Assembly: GCA_965224485.1 (NCBI GenBank)
Contig: CBDCZH010000001.1
Span: forward strand, 32,001-96,000
Source of the DNA: Arcobacteraceae bacterium
GTDB taxonomy: Bacteria > Campylobacterota > Campylobacteria > Campylobacterales > Arcobacteraceae
DNA length: 64,000 nucleotides
Reading direction: 5' to 3'
Below are positions 21,763 to 32,357 of the stretch, one piece after another. Made by a program: the position numbers and the translations under genes. The notes under the pieces are model-generated. The model searched no databases, had not been told where the DNA came from, and saw only the letters and a list, made by a program, of their open reading frames with translations. Numbering within the stretch: position 1 is the first letter of the stretch; every line of letters begins with the position of its first letter.

Positions 21763-22896
21763 CTAGTCATTAAGAGGGTTTTTTACTTCATTTACTTTAA
21801 CTTCTTGATCTTCTTTAAGTTTAGTGATACTACTTAAAATAACTCTATCTCCTTGTTTTAATCCACTTTTGATAATTGCAAGTGTTTTATTGCTATAACT
21901 TACTTTTATTTGTCTTGTTTGTATTTTATTTTTATCATTTACAAGTAAAACATATGAACCTAATTGATTTTGTGAAATATTATTAGGATGTAAGGCAAAA
22001 AACTCTATTTTGTCACTAATAAAAAGTTTTATATTAACAAAAGTTCCAGGAAATAATAAATTTTCTTTATTTTCTATTTTTGCTCTCATTGCAACTGTTC
22101 CTGTTGACTCATTACTTGTATTATCAATAAAATCAATATGTCCAGCTAAGCTTAAACTTTGATTTTTATCTCCAGCTTCTATTATGACTTTTTGATTTTT
22201 ACTAGAGCTATATTTTTTTATCAAACTAACTTCATTTGCACTTGGATTAAAATTTACATATAGTATTTTTGCATTAATAATATTTGCTAAAGTAGTTTTT
22301 GAAGCACTTATAATATTTCCAACATCAACTAAAGCTTTTCCAATTTGCCCATTTATACTTGCTTTTACACTTGTAAAGTCTAAGTCTATTTGCGCTTGTT
22401 TAATTGCTTCTTTGTCTGCTTTAACTATTGCTTCATTTTGTTTTTGTACCGCTTGTAGTTCTTCAAGTTTTTCTTTTGGAGCTAGGCCTTTATTTACAAG
22501 AGGCGTATATCTTTTAACACTTGATATTGCTAGATTTAGACTTGCTTTATTTTTTGCTAAAGATGCTTGTTTTTGAGCAAGAACTGATTTTATTTCTCTA
22601 TCATCAATTTTAAATAAAATATCACCTTTTTTAACTTCATTTCCTGCTTTAAATAAAATCTCTTTTAATTCTCCACTTGCTCTTGCTAACAATTCTACTT
22701 TTTCATAAGCTTGAGTTTTACCTGTAAAATCAATCCATAAGGGGTAGGCTTGTTTTTTTATTGAAATAGTATCAACTACTATGACTTGTACTTTTTCTTG
22801 GTTTTTTTCTTCTTTATTCTTATTATCACAAGAACTAAATGTTAGTAGTGCAAAAAGAATAAGGCTAAAAGTTATTGATATTTTCTTAAAATTCAA
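21763..22896 (-). CDS. RND periplasmic adaptor (membrane fusion lipoprotein)
   Basis: lipobox-like FSSC, GNEVKKGDILFKID, TGTVAMRA, LFPGTFV. Confidence 0.93.
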   Translation of the reverse strand: MNFKKISITFSLILFALLTFSSCDNKNKEEKNQEKVQVIVVDTISIKKQAYPLWIDFTGKTQAYEKVELLARASGELKEILFKAGNEVKKGDILFKIDDREIKSVLAQKQASLAKNKASLNLAISSVKRYTPLVNKGLAPKEKLEELQAVQKQNEAIVKADKEAIKQAQIDLDFTSVKASINGQIGKALVDVGNIISASKTTLANIINAKILYVNFNPSANEVSLIKKYSSSKNQKVIIEAGDKNQSLSLAGHIDFIDNTSNESTGTVAMRAKIENKENLLFPGTFVNIKLFISDKIEFFALHPNNISQNQLGSYVLLVNDKNKIQTRQIKVSYSNKTLAIIKSGLKQGDRVILSSITKLKEDQEVKVNEVKNPLND

Positions 22897-23050
22897 AGTT
22901 TGTCCTTTTTTATTAGTGCAAATATAATAGCTAAAATTATTACTCTAATAACTTAGATTTATCAGTAAGTTTTATTTAATTAGAATATTTTTTTACTTGA
23001 TATTAGAGAAAAAATGATATAATCGCGATATTAAATTAAAAAGGTTTTAT

Positions 23051-23692
23051 ATGTTAGTAGCTCCTTCTATACTTTCTGCTGATTTTGGAAAGTTAAACGA
23101 AGATATAATTGCAATTTGTGAGGCGGGATGTGACTTAATTCATGTTGATGTAATGGATGGGCATTTTGTTCCAAATATGACGATAGGGCCTGTTGTTGTA
23201 AATGCAGTTGCAAAAATAGCTTCTAAACCTTTAGATATACATCTTATGGTTGAAGATAATAACTTCTTTATTGATCTATTCTCACATTTAAAACCCCAGT
23301 ATATATCTTTTCATATAGAGAGCGAAAATCATCCCCATAGAGTTATTCAAAAACTAAGAGCTTTAGGAATTAAACCAGCTATTGTACTTAACCCTCATAC
23401 TGCACCTTCTTCTATTGAGTATTTATTGCAAGACTTAGATATGGTACTTTTAATGAGTGTTAATCCAGGCTTTGGTGGTCAAAAGTTCATAGAAAATGTA
23501 CTTGAGCGAGCTAGTAGCTTAAAAAAATTAATTCAAAAAAGAAACCCTTCTTGTTTAATACAAGTTGATGGTGGAGTTAATGATAAAAATATTGATGCTT
23601 TGAAAGAAGCTGGTGTTGATGTTGTTGTTGCTGGTTCTTATGTTTATGGTTCAAATGATTATAAAAAAGCTATAAAAAGTTTACAAGTTTAA
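23051..23692 (+). CDS. rpe: ribulose-phosphate 3-epimerase
   Basis: APSILSADF, HVDVMDGHFVPN, MSVNPGFGGQ, VDGG. Confidence 0.98.
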   Translation: MLVAPSILSADFGKLNEDIIAICEAGCDLIHVDVMDGHFVPNMTIGPVVVNAVAKIASKPLDIHLMVEDNNFFIDLFSHLKPQYISFHIESENHPHRVIQKLRALGIKPAIVLNPHTAPSSIEYLLQDLDMVLLMSVNPGFGGQKFIENVLERASSLKKLIQKRNPSCLIQVDGGVNDKNIDALKEAGVDVVVAGSYVYGSNDYKKAIKSLQV

Positions 23693-23694
23693 AC

Positions 23695-24285
23695 GTGAGA
23701 GTTAAAATCTGTGGAATAACAAACTTAAAAGATGCTCTTGATGCAATAGATGCAGGAGCTGATGCTTTAGGTTTTGTATTTTATGAAAAAAGCCCTAGGT
23801 ATATTGAGCCCCTTGAAGCTAAAAAAATAGCTGAAGCCTTACCTCCTTTTGTTCAAACAGCAGGACTTTTTGTAAATGAAAGTGCTATACAAATAAATAA
23901 TATTTGTAAAATAGCTAAAATGAACTTAGCTCAGATTATTGATGATGAAAATACCTGTAAACTTGATACTTTAGAGTATAAGTATATTCTAGTTGCTAGA
24001 ATCAAATCAAAACAAGACTTAATTAAAGTACAAAATGAATTTATTTTAGTTGATGCTTTTGTTGAGGGTTTTGGTGGTCATGGTAAACAAATCAATAAGT
24101 CTTTTTTTGAAGGTATAAATACCTCAAAAATGATAATAGCAGGTGGTTTAAGTGCTTTAAATCTAAAAGATTTAAAAGAGTTTGATTTCTACGGTTTTGA
24201 TGTAAGTTCAGGTGTTGAAAAATCAAAGGGTAAAAAAGATAAAAATAAAATGATAGATTTTATAAAAGCAGCAAATGAAACTTAA
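23695..24285 (+). CDS. trpF: phosphoribosylanthranilate isomerase
   Basis: VKICGIT, GADALGFVF..SPR, AGGL, DVSSGVE. Confidence 0.95.
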   Translation: MRVKICGITNLKDALDAIDAGADALGFVFYEKSPRYIEPLEAKKIAEALPPFVQTAGLFVNESAIQINNICKIAKMNLAQIIDDENTCKLDTLEYKYILVARIKSKQDLIKVQNEFILVDAFVEGFGGHGKQINKSFFEGINTSKMIIAGGLSALNLKDLKEFDFYGFDVSSGVEKSKGKKDKNKMIDFIKAANET

Positions 24286-25141
24286 AAATAGAAAAAGACT
24301 TCAAAAAATTCCAAACAATGAAAAACTTGTAAAGAGATTAAAATCTAAGGATTTATTACTTTGTGAGTGTTTAGAAATAATAGATAGTTTTGATGATAAT
24401 TTCTTTGATAGCTCTTCTTTAGAGCTAGAACTTTTAATATCAAATGGTTTTCCACTTGATGTACAAGAAGATAAAGTATTACTAAAAACAGCAAGAACTC
24501 CTTTACATAATCAAACTTTTTGTATAGTTGATATAGAAACAAATGGTTCTGATATTACAAAAGGACAAATTATTGAACTTGGTGCTGTTAAGTATAGAAA
24601 TGGAAAAATCATTGATAAATATGACTCCTTAGTATATGCTAAAACTATTCCTCCTTATATTCAAGAAGTTACAAATATTACTCCTTTGATGTTAGAAGAT
24701 GCTCCTATTATAAATAAGGTTTTAGAAGAGTTTAAAATATTTTTAGAAGATGATGTTTTTGTAGCTCATGATATAAAGTTTGATTATAAATTTGTTTCAG
24801 ACTCTTTTGAAAAATATGACCTAGGAAAATTAGAAAATAGAAAACTTTGTACTATTGATTTATCAAAAAGAACAATTGCTGCAAAGAGATATGGTTTAGA
24901 TTTTTTAAAAACTTTATTAGACATAGATATAAAAAATCAACATAGAGCTTATAGTGATGCTTTAAGTACTTCTTATATCTTAAAAAAGGCTTTTAATCTT
25001 TTACCTTCTTGTGTTCAAACAGCAGAAGATTTAATAGAATTTTCTAAATCAAATAATATAATAAATGCCACTATTCCTAGAAATATGAAAAAAGATAAAA
25101 ACAAAAATGGAAATGAAAAAATGAAGGAAAAAAATGTTTGA
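24275..25141 (+). CDS. DEDDh 3'-5' exonuclease (DNA polymerase III epsilon-like)
   Basis: ExoI VDIETNG, ExoII AHDIKFD, ExoIII HRAYSDA. Confidence 0.9.
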   Translation: MKLKNRKRLQKIPNNEKLVKRLKSKDLLLCECLEIIDSFDDNFFDSSSLELELLISNGFPLDVQEDKVLLKTARTPLHNQTFCIVDIETNGSDITKGQIIELGAVKYRNGKIIDKYDSLVYAKTIPPYIQEVTNITPLMLEDAPIINKVLEEFKIFLEDDVFVAHDIKFDYKFVSDSFEKYDLGKLENRKLCTIDLSKRTIAAKRYGLDFLKTLLDIDIKNQHRAYSDALSTSYILKKAFNLLPSCVQTAEDLIEFSKSNNIINATIPRNMKKDKNKNGNEKMKEKNV

Positions 25142-25667
25142 TCAAGATAAATATTTAAAAGCAATAAATTTTGCACAAAAAGCTTATGAAAATCATGAAA
25201 ACAAAGAATCAATGATAACATATTTAAGCAGCGTTGCTATGGAAGTTATACATGCTACAATTGAGTCAAAATTTGATCAAAGAGATGCGAATATTGCTAT
25301 TACTTGTGCTTTATTACATAATATATTTGATAATACTTCTGTTAGTTTTGATGAAGTTTTAGAAGAATTTGATGAAGATATTTCAAATGGAGTTGAAGCT
25401 TTAAGTAATAATAAACAAATGAATGCTAAAGATCAATTAGGAGATAGTGTTAATAAACTCTTGGGTGAATCATATAATGTTCAAATAGTAAAAATAGCAA
25501 GTACTATAATATCTTTACAAAAACCAAAAGAGAATAGTGATTCACTAGAAATATTCAATAAACATAAAGAAGCTAGATTTATCCTTTCTTGTTTTAAAAA
25601 TGCAAATATGTATATAGCAAAAAGATTAGAAGAAAAAATAGCTTTATATCGGACTTATATTAAGTAG
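25134..25667 (+). CDS. HD-fold (RelA/SpoT-hydrolase, Mesh1/SAH-like) protein with degenerate catalytic residues
   Basis: pattern KAINFA..A, CALLHNIFDNT, EEFDEDISNGVEALS, IVKIAS matches the SAH fold, but the H, HD..ED and KxADR residues are replaced. Confidence 0.65.
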   Translation: MFDQDKYLKAINFAQKAYENHENKESMITYLSSVAMEVIHATIESKFDQRDANIAITCALLHNIFDNTSVSFDEVLEEFDEDISNGVEALSNNKQMNAKDQLGDSVNKLLGESYNVQIVKIASTIISLQKPKENSDSLEIFNKHKEARFILSCFKNANMYIAKRLEEKIALYRTYIK

Positions 25668-25779
25668 TTGTAGCTATTAAGTTGTATGTTGTAGGTACTT
25701 TGATTTATTGATAATTCTGTTGAAAATCTTGTGAAAACATAGGTTTTTACTTGACAAAGTAGTCTATTTTGGACAAAAT

Positions 25780-25931
25780 ACCTACAAACCTACAAACCTA
25801 CAAACCTACAAACCTACAAACCTACAAACCTACAAACCTACAAACCTACAAACCTACAAACCTACAAACCTACAAACCTACAAACCTACAAACCTACAAA
25901 CCTACAAACCTACAAACCTACAAACCTACAA
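25780..25931. repeat. perfect 8-bp tandem repeat (ACCTACAA)x19
   Basis: counted directly; overlaps the last codons and TAG stop of oorC. Confidence 0.97.
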
Positions 25932-26478
25932 CTCTCTTAGCATACTCTATTCCTAAATCAAAAGCTTTTTCATTTATATCATGAACTTTTTTAGGAACTT
26001 TACTTAACATAGTTGCTCTTAGAATTTCTGGATCAACTGTATTGTTTGTCATATAATTAGCAATAGATAAAGCAAGTACACTTTGTGTAATTACATTTCC
26101 TACTTCTTCTTTTGCAATTGTAATAATAGGAATCTCATATATCACCCATTTTTTCTTATCTTCTTCACTAGGTTTTACTAAATTAGGTTCAATTACAATA
26201 ATCCCACCTTCTTTAACACCTTTTTTAAAAGAATCATATGAAACTTGTGCAACAGATAACATAAAATCAATTTCACCATCATTTGCATAAGGGTATAAAA
26301 TTTCGCCATCTTCTAAAGTAATATCAACAACAGTAGGTCCACCTCTTACTTGTGAAGTATATGTTGATGTTTTTAACCCATTTCCACCTGCATTAATCTT
26401 AGCAGCTGCAAAGATAGAACCTGCAAGAAGAACACCTTGTCCACCAACACCTGTAAATCTCATTAATGTTTTTGCCAT
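25918..26478 (-). CDS. oorC: 2-oxoglutarate:acceptor oxidoreductase gamma subunit
   Basis: FTGVGGQGV, YTSQVRGG; operon context. Confidence 0.95.
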   Translation of the reverse strand: MAKTLMRFTGVGGQGVLLAGSIFAAAKINAGGNGLKTSTYTSQVRGGPTVVDITLEDGEILYPYANDGEIDFMLSVAQVSYDSFKKGVKEGGIIVIEPNLVKPSEEDKKKWVIYEIPIITIAKEEVGNVITQSVLALSIANYMTNNTVDPEILRATMLSKVPKKVHDINEKAFDLGIEYAKRVVGL

Positions 26479-26487
26479 TGTTTCTCC

Positions 26488-27321
26488 TTATAGTTCTACC
26501 ATAGTATTATTTTGATGTGCTAGTTTTACTTTTTCATATGAATCTGTATATTCAGCAGCATCTTTATCTTGTTTTAAAATTCCAGTAGGAAATAAACCTT
26601 TTTGTTCTGCTGGTTCTAATTTATCAAATTTCATTTTTGCCATAGAAATAGAATCAATCCATTCTAAGTTAGCCATAGCAGAACCCATTTTATTTTTTCT
26701 TCCTAAGTTTACATGACAGTTTGAAAAAATATCAAAGAAAGAGTATCCATTGTGTTGAAACCCTTTTACAAAAACTCGCTCTAGTTTTTTAGGATCTAAC
26801 ATAGTTTCTCTTGCTACAAATGAAGCTCCTGCTCCTATTGCTAAGTTACAAGCATCAAAAGTAGGGTCAATATTCCCTCTTTTCATAGTTACAGTCCACA
26901 TACCTTGAGGAGTTGTTGGGCTTGTTTGAGAGTTTGTTAAACCATAAATGAAGTTATTAATTACAATATGATTAATATCAATATTTCTTCTACATCCATG
27001 AATTGTATGATTTCCCCCAATAGCTAGACCATCTCCATCTCCTGTGATACAAAAAACTTTTTTCTCAGGATTTGCTAGTTTTATTCCTGTTGCATAAGCA
27101 ATTGTTCGTCCATGAGTTGTATGAACTGTATTACAGTTTATATAAGAAGAGAATCTTCCAGAACATCCAATACCTGATACAACACACATATCATCCATTT
27201 TCCATTCAAGTTTATCAATTGCTCTAATAAATGCTTTTAAAATTACACCATCACCACATCCCCAACACCAAAGTGTTGGCATTTTATTAGTTCTTAAATA
27301 TTCATCATAATTAAAAGCCAT
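26488..27321 (-). CDS. oorB: 2-oxoglutarate:acceptor oxidoreductase beta subunit
   Basis: WCWGCGD, SGIGCS, TPP motif GDGDGLAIGGNH. Confidence 0.96.
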   Translation of the reverse strand: MAFNYDEYLRTNKMPTLWCWGCGDGVILKAFIRAIDKLEWKMDDMCVVSGIGCSGRFSSYINCNTVHTTHGRTIAYATGIKLANPEKKVFCITGDGDGLAIGGNHTIHGCRRNIDINHIVINNFIYGLTNSQTSPTTPQGMWTVTMKRGNIDPTFDACNLAIGAGASFVARETMLDPKKLERVFVKGFQHNGYSFFDIFSNCHVNLGRKNKMGSAMANLEWIDSISMAKMKFDKLEPAEQKGLFPTGILKQDKDAAEYTDSYEKVKLAHQNNTMVEL

Positions 27322-27322
27322 A

Positions 27323-28453
27323 TTACATTCCTCTCACTTTTTGCACAATTTCTAAAGGTGCAATTGGTCTACCATTTGCTTTTAATAATGTTTCAAAATC
27401 TCTTCTACTACTAACTCTTTCTATTTCTTCAAGATATTGACCTAAATTTAACTCAGTTACTAAAACTTTTTTAAATTTATCAGTTAATTCTTTGATTCTT
27501 TTTGCTGGACTTGGCCATAAAGTAATAGGTCTAAACATACCAACTTTAATTCCCTCAGCTCTTAATCTATTAATAGCTTCTTTAACTGACAAAGACATAG
27601 AACCATAAGCAATAATTAAAATATCAGCATCTTCTATTTTATACTCTTCATTTAATTCAATTTCATCTATATAGTTATCAACTTTTCTAAATAATCTTTT
27701 GATTAAATCATCACATTTTTGCTCATCTTCTGTAGGATGACCACTTTCATCATGATGTAAACCAGTAAAGTGATATCTATAACCTTCAAACATAGGATTC
27801 AATACTGCTGGTTGATCATTTTCGCAAGCGTAAGGTTTATAATCTTTTTTATCGCCTGTAAAAACCTTTCTTGGAACTATTGCTTCTTTAACTTCTTGTT
27901 CTGTAGGAATAACCGCTTTTCCACTCATATGCCCAATTGTTTCATCGAATAAAACAAAAACAGGAGTCATAAATCTATCTGCTAAATTAAATGCTCTTAC
28001 TGTCTCAGTATAACACTCAGAAAGTGTTCCTGCACATAAAGTAATTGATTTAAAATCTCCATGTGTTGGAGTTTTTGCTTGATTTACATCACCTTGTGCA
28101 ACTCTTGTAGGTAGACCAGTAGAAGGTCCACCTCTCATTACATTGATAATTACAATAGGAACTTCTGATATAAAAGCAAGTCCTATATTTTCAGCCTTTA
28201 GTGATATTCCAGGTCCTGATGTTGCTGTTAAAGCACGTTTACCAGACATAGCTGCACCAATAGTACAGCAAATTCCTGCTATTTCATCTTCCATTTGAAT
28301 AGCAGCTCCTCCAACAGAAGGTAATAAGTCTGAAATTGTATGCATTATTTCACTTGAGGGGGTTAAAGGATAACCACCAAAAAACCTACACCCAGCATCT
28401 ACTGATGCTATTGCTGCTAAATCATTACCAGTTGATATTATTTCTCTAGCCAT
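27323..28453 (-). CDS. oorA: 2-oxoglutarate:acceptor oxidoreductase alpha subunit
   Basis: GYPLTPSSE, QMEDE, TSGPG, RGGPSTGLPT. Confidence 0.96.
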   Translation of the reverse strand: MAREIISTGNDLAAIASVDAGCRFFGGYPLTPSSEIMHTISDLLPSVGGAAIQMEDEIAGICCTIGAAMSGKRALTATSGPGISLKAENIGLAFISEVPIVIINVMRGGPSTGLPTRVAQGDVNQAKTPTHGDFKSITLCAGTLSECYTETVRAFNLADRFMTPVFVLFDETIGHMSGKAVIPTEQEVKEAIVPRKVFTGDKKDYKPYACENDQPAVLNPMFEGYRYHFTGLHHDESGHPTEDEQKCDDLIKRLFRKVDNYIDEIELNEEYKIEDADILIIAYGSMSLSVKEAINRLRAEGIKVGMFRPITLWPSPAKRIKELTDKFKKVLVTELNLGQYLEEIERVSSRRDFETLLKANGRPIAPLEIVQKVRGM

Positions 28454-28462
28454 TAATACTCC

Positions 28463-28780
28463 TTAAACGCCTAATGCTCTATATTTATTATTTGCGATAG
28501 CTTCTGCTCTGCTTTTCGCCTCATCACTTAGTTTTGCAAACTTAAATTCTTTTTTATCTGCAACGAAAATTGCGAAATCTGGACAAGATAGTTCACAATC
28601 GTTGCAGCCAATACATGATTCTGGATTTTGTACACTAATCATAGCACCCAGTGTTGAAGTAGGCTCTGGTATCATAGCTATTACTCCAGCTGGACATACA
28701 GATACACAAACATCACAAGCTTTACAATTATTAGTATTTACCCATACAGGAGTATTACTTGGAGCTTCCATTATTGCCAT
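28463..28780 (-). CDS. oorD: 2-oxoglutarate:acceptor oxidoreductase delta (2x4Fe-4S) subunit
   Basis: CKACDVCVSVCP and CIGCNDCELSCPDFAI. Confidence 0.95.
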   Translation of the reverse strand: MAIMEAPSNTPVWVNTNNCKACDVCVSVCPAGVIAMIPEPTSTLGAMISVQNPESCIGCNDCELSCPDFAIFVADKKEFKFAKLSDEAKSRAEAIANNKYRALGV

Positions 28781-29059
28781 TGTTTCCCCTTTTACTTTTA
28801 TAAAAATATTTTATTAAGATATGTTATATTTCTGCTGAAATGATAACAAATATCTAAGTATAATTTTGTTTATGTATTACTAAACTAATTATCTAATTTT
28901 AGCTTTGTTACTTATTGCAACAAATTATATTAAAATTTAAATCTTATCTTAAGTTTAAAAAAAATTTGAACTTAATTATAGACGAAAGTATACTCTTTTT
29001 TCATAAGTGAATAATAAAGAATTGGATATAATTGCCATAATTTACAAAAAGGATTATAT

Positions 29060-29770
29060 TTGCTTCTTTATCAGCCTGATAATGGTTATTGTTACAATAG
29101 TGATACTCATTTTTTACATAATTTTATATTAAAAAACTTGGAGAAATATAAGAATGTAAAAGGGGAACTTTTAGACATAGGAAGTGGTAGTGGAATATTA
29201 GGACTTTTGACTTCAAGAGATAAAAAAAATCTAAATTTACACCAGTGTGAAATCCAAAAAAGTTTTATAAACTTGTCTTGTATTAATGCCCGAATTAATA
29301 AAATAAGTGCTTTTATGTATGAAGGAAAATATCAAGATATTGTTTTTGATAAAAAGTTTGATATTTGTGTTTCAAATCCTCCTTTTTATCACAATAATGT
29401 AATAAAAAGTGAAAATGAATCTTTAAGAATTGCTAGATATAACGACTCTTTATCTTTAGAAGACTTTATAAGTAAAACAGCAAAGATTTTAAATAACAAA
29501 GGCAAGTTTTTCTTTTGTTATGACGTTAAGCAGATAAATGATATTATCTTCTTATTACGTAAATACAAGTTTAATATAGAATGTTTACAATTTGTTCATC
29601 CTAAAAAAGACAAAGATGCAAGTCTTATTTTAGTTTATGCAAGACGTGATTCTAAGTCTTTAAATAGAGTTCTTCCAGCTTTAGTAGTATTTGAAGAAAA
29701 TGAGTTTACACAAGAAGTTCAAGATATTTATAAAGTATCCTCAACACATAGTATAAAAGTACAAATATAA
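29060..29770 (+). CDS. tRNA1(Val) A37 N6-methyltransferase family
   Basis: LDIGSGSG, SNPPFY, IARY, QFVH. Confidence 0.85.
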   Translation: MLLYQPDNGYCYNSDTHFLHNFILKNLEKYKNVKGELLDIGSGSGILGLLTSRDKKNLNLHQCEIQKSFINLSCINARINKISAFMYEGKYQDIVFDKKFDICVSNPPFYHNNVIKSENESLRIARYNDSLSLEDFISKTAKILNNKGKFFFCYDVKQINDIIFLLRKYKFNIECLQFVHPKKDKDASLILVYARRDSKSLNRVLPALVVFEENEFTQEVQDIYKVSSTHSIKVQI

Positions 29771-30150
29771 TGAATATTTTAAAAAAAGAAGGTTTCTCTT
29801 TTGCTTTTAAGTCAAGTGCTTGTGATACATGTTCTGGAAATTGCTGTATAGGGGAGAGTGGTTATATTTGGATTAATAGCTTAGAGATTCAAAAACTAGC
29901 AAAACATTTAGTTTTAAGTGTTGATGAACTTTCTTTGAAGTATTTAAGAAAAGTAGGGTATAAGTATTCAATAAAAGAGAATAAACTCCAAGAGAATAAT
30001 TATGCCTGTATGTTCTTTGATTTAGAAAAAAAACAGTGTTCCATTTACGAGGCACGTCCAATACAGTGCAAAACGTTCCCTTTTTGGGACTACTTTAAGA
30101 GTAATATACAAGAGGTGAAAAACGAGTGTCCAGCTATAATCGAATTGTAA
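29770..30150 (+). CDS. YkgJ-family cysteine-cluster protein
   Basis: CxxCxGxCC, C.FFD...CSIYEARPIQCKTFPFW. Confidence 0.9.
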   Translation: MNILKKEGFSFAFKSSACDTCSGNCCIGESGYIWINSLEIQKLAKHLVLSVDELSLKYLRKVGYKYSIKENKLQENNYACMFFDLEKKQCSIYEARPIQCKTFPFWDYFKSNIQEVKNECPAIIEL

Positions 30151-31394
30151 TAATCTTATCTCTTTTTGTTTGTATATCTTTTGCAAATGAAAATTCATAT
30201 AAAAAACTTCATGTAAAAGAAGATTTATATATAGTTTTTGCCCTAGAGTATGAAAAAAGCTCTAATTTCAATGCATCACGTGAACTTTTTTTAAAACTTT
30301 ATACCTTAACAAATAAATATGAATACCTCTTAAAGTATCTTCGAACTTCTTTATCTTTAAAAAAATTCAAAGATGTAAATAAATATGCTTCAAAAAATTT
30401 AAAAGAAAATGAAAAAGAGTATGAAATAGTATTAAGAATTTACTGTATCTCTTTATTAAATACAAAAGAGGTAAATAAAGCTTTTTTAATTGCAAGTACC
30501 TTAATTAAAAAATTTAATAATGCAATAAACTATGAACTAATGGCAAATGTTTATTTTGTAAAAGAAGATTTTAATAATGCAAAGAAGTATTATGAGAGTG
30601 CTTATGTTATGAGTAAAAAACCTTCTAATTTATTTAATCTTGTAAATATTTTATATGCTTATTTAGATAAAAAAGAACAAGCTATCTCATACTTAGAAAC
30701 ATATGTTCGTTTATATGGTTGTACTTCTATAGTATGCAATAAACTTTTATCAATTTATCAAGAACAAAATAATATAGATGGTTCAATTTCAATTTTAAAA
30801 AGATCATATTTTGAGTTTAAAGAAAAAAAGCAAAATGCAAATGCTATAAAAGTATATAAACTTCTAATAGCATATTTAGAGAAAAAAGATATAAAAGAAG
30901 CAATTAAGTTTTTAGAAGAAAATCCCCATGACTCTTATAAGTTAATATCTTTATATAAAAGAACAAATCAAAATAAAAAAGCTTTAGTTTTAGTAAAAAA
31001 ACTTTATGAAGAAACTGGAAATATAGACTTACTTGCACAAATTGCAATTTTAGAATTTGAAAGTGCAAAGAATAAAGAAATTGTTATAAAATCTGTTATA
31101 AAAAAGTTTGAATCAGTTTTAGTAGTTTTAAATAACCATGTTTATCAAAACTATCTTGCTTATATTTTAATTGATTTTGAAATAGATGTAAAAAAAGGTT
31201 TAGCTTTAGTTAAAAAAGCACTAGAACAAGCTCCTAATAATATAGCATATTTAGACTCCCTTGCTTGGGGTTTATATAAAGATAATAAATGCAGCGATGC
31301 TTATAGTATTATGCAAAAAATAGTAGATGAGGTTGGTTTAAGTGATAATGAAATAAAACATCATTGGAAAAAAATTAAAGGTTGTAAAAAATAA
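30126..31394 (+). CDS. TPR-repeat exported protein
   Basis: signal peptide; helical repeats ending NYLAYILID...[11 protein letters not shown]. Confidence 0.8.
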   Translation: MSSYNRIVIILSLFVCISFANENSYKKLHVKEDLYIVFALEYEKSSNFNASRELFLKLYTLTNKYEYLLKYLRTSLSLKKFKDVNKYASKNLKENEKEYEIVLRIYCISLLNTKEVNKAFLIASTLIKKFNNAINYELMANVYFVKEDFNNAKKYYESAYVMSKKPSNLFNLVNILYAYLDKKEQAISYLETYVRLYGCTSIVCNKLLSIYQEQNNIDGSISILKRSYFEFKEKKQNANAIKVYKLLIAYLEKKDIKEAIKFLEENPHDSYKLISLYKRTNQNKKALVLVKKLYEETGNIDLLAQIAILEFESAKNKEIVIKSVIKKFESVLVVLNNHVYQNYLAYILIDFEIDVKKGLALVKKALEQAPNNIAYLDSLAWGLYKDNKCSDAYSIMQKIVDEVGLSDNEIKHHWKKIKGCKK

Positions 31395-32185
31395 TGATAT
31401 TAGATGAGATTAATAAAAGAACATTAGAAGACGTAGAAAAAAGACAAAAAGATTATTCTCTTGATTGGTTAGGACGAAGTTTAAGTGCAAATCCTTTTCC
31501 TCCAAGAGATGTTAAACCTTTTTTAATATCAACAAAAGAAGAACCTATTAGAATTATTGCAGAAGTAAAAAAAGCAAGTCCTTCTAAGGGACTTATAAAA
31601 GAAGATTTTGATCCTTTAAAAATAGCACAAGCTTATAGTAAAAGTGGAGCAAATGCAATTTCTGTACTAACAGAACCTCATTATTTTCAAGGTAACTTAG
31701 AATACCTAACACAAATTAGACGTTATGTACCAACACCACTTCTAAGAAAAGATTTTATCTTAACTAAGTATCAAATTGTAGAAGCTGTAGTTTATGGAGC
31801 TGATTTTATACTGTTAATTGCAAAAAGTCTAAGTACTAAAGCTTTAAAAGAGTTATATGAATATGCCTTACATTTAGGATTGGAAATATTAGTAGAAATA
31901 CATGATAAAGAAGACCTTACAAAAGCCCTGCGTTGTGGGGCTAATATAATTGGAATAAACCATAGAAACCTAGAAACAATGGAAATGGATATGACTATGT
32001 GTGATCAGTTAATTCCCCTTATTCCAAATGGTAAGATAATTGTGGCAGAATCAGGAATTAATGATGTAGAAACTATTAAAAGACTAAGTGGTATAGGAGC
32101 AGATGCTTTTTTAATAGGGGAGCATTTTATGAGACAAGAGAGTATCGAAGACGAGTTGTCTCGATTCAAAAATGCGCTTGTATAA
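31394..32185 (+). CDS. trpC: indole-3-glycerol phosphate synthase
   Basis: [32 protein letters not shown]. Confidence 0.97.
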   Translation: MILDEINKRTLEDVEKRQKDYSLDWLGRSLSANPFPPRDVKPFLISTKEEPIRIIAEVKKASPSKGLIKEDFDPLKIAQAYSKSGANAISVLTEPHYFQGNLEYLTQIRRYVPTPLLRKDFILTKYQIVEAVVYGADFILLIAKSLSTKALKELYEYALHLGLEILVEIHDKEDLTKALRCGANIIGINHRNLETMEMDMTMCDQLIPLIPNGKIIVAESGINDVETIKRLSGIGADAFLIGEHFMRQESIEDELSRFKNALV

Positions 32186-32316
32186 CTGCATCTTTTTGCA
32201 AATTTCGGCGTCAGGTAATTAAACTATCTACTCATTGACTTATCGTCAAATCCTACGATAGTTTAATCACCTTCCTTGAACTTCACTAAAAAGCTACAAT
32301 TCTACAAGCGAATTTG
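32170..32316. repeat. ~145-bp imperfect palindromic element overlapping the trpC stop
   Basis: nested inverted pairs cgcttgta/tacaagcg, aggtaattaaactatc/gatagtttaatcacct, ttgac/gtcaa. Confidence 0.75.
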
Positions 32317-32332
32317 GCTTATGGTAAAATAG
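32312..32332 (+). repeat. 21-bp direct repeat, copy 1
   Basis: atttggcttatggtaaaatag, identical at 33183-33203. Confidence 0.9.
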
Positions 32333-32357
32333 CTTTTGACTTATTTTAAAAGCTAAA

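Noticed and set aside
25780..25931. CRISPR array
   Set aside because: Contiguous 8-bp units with no spacers and no cas genes.
25769..25984. 71-aa ORF of PTNLQTYK repeats
   Set aside because: It is just the translation of the 8-bp tandem repeat and is antisense to oorC.
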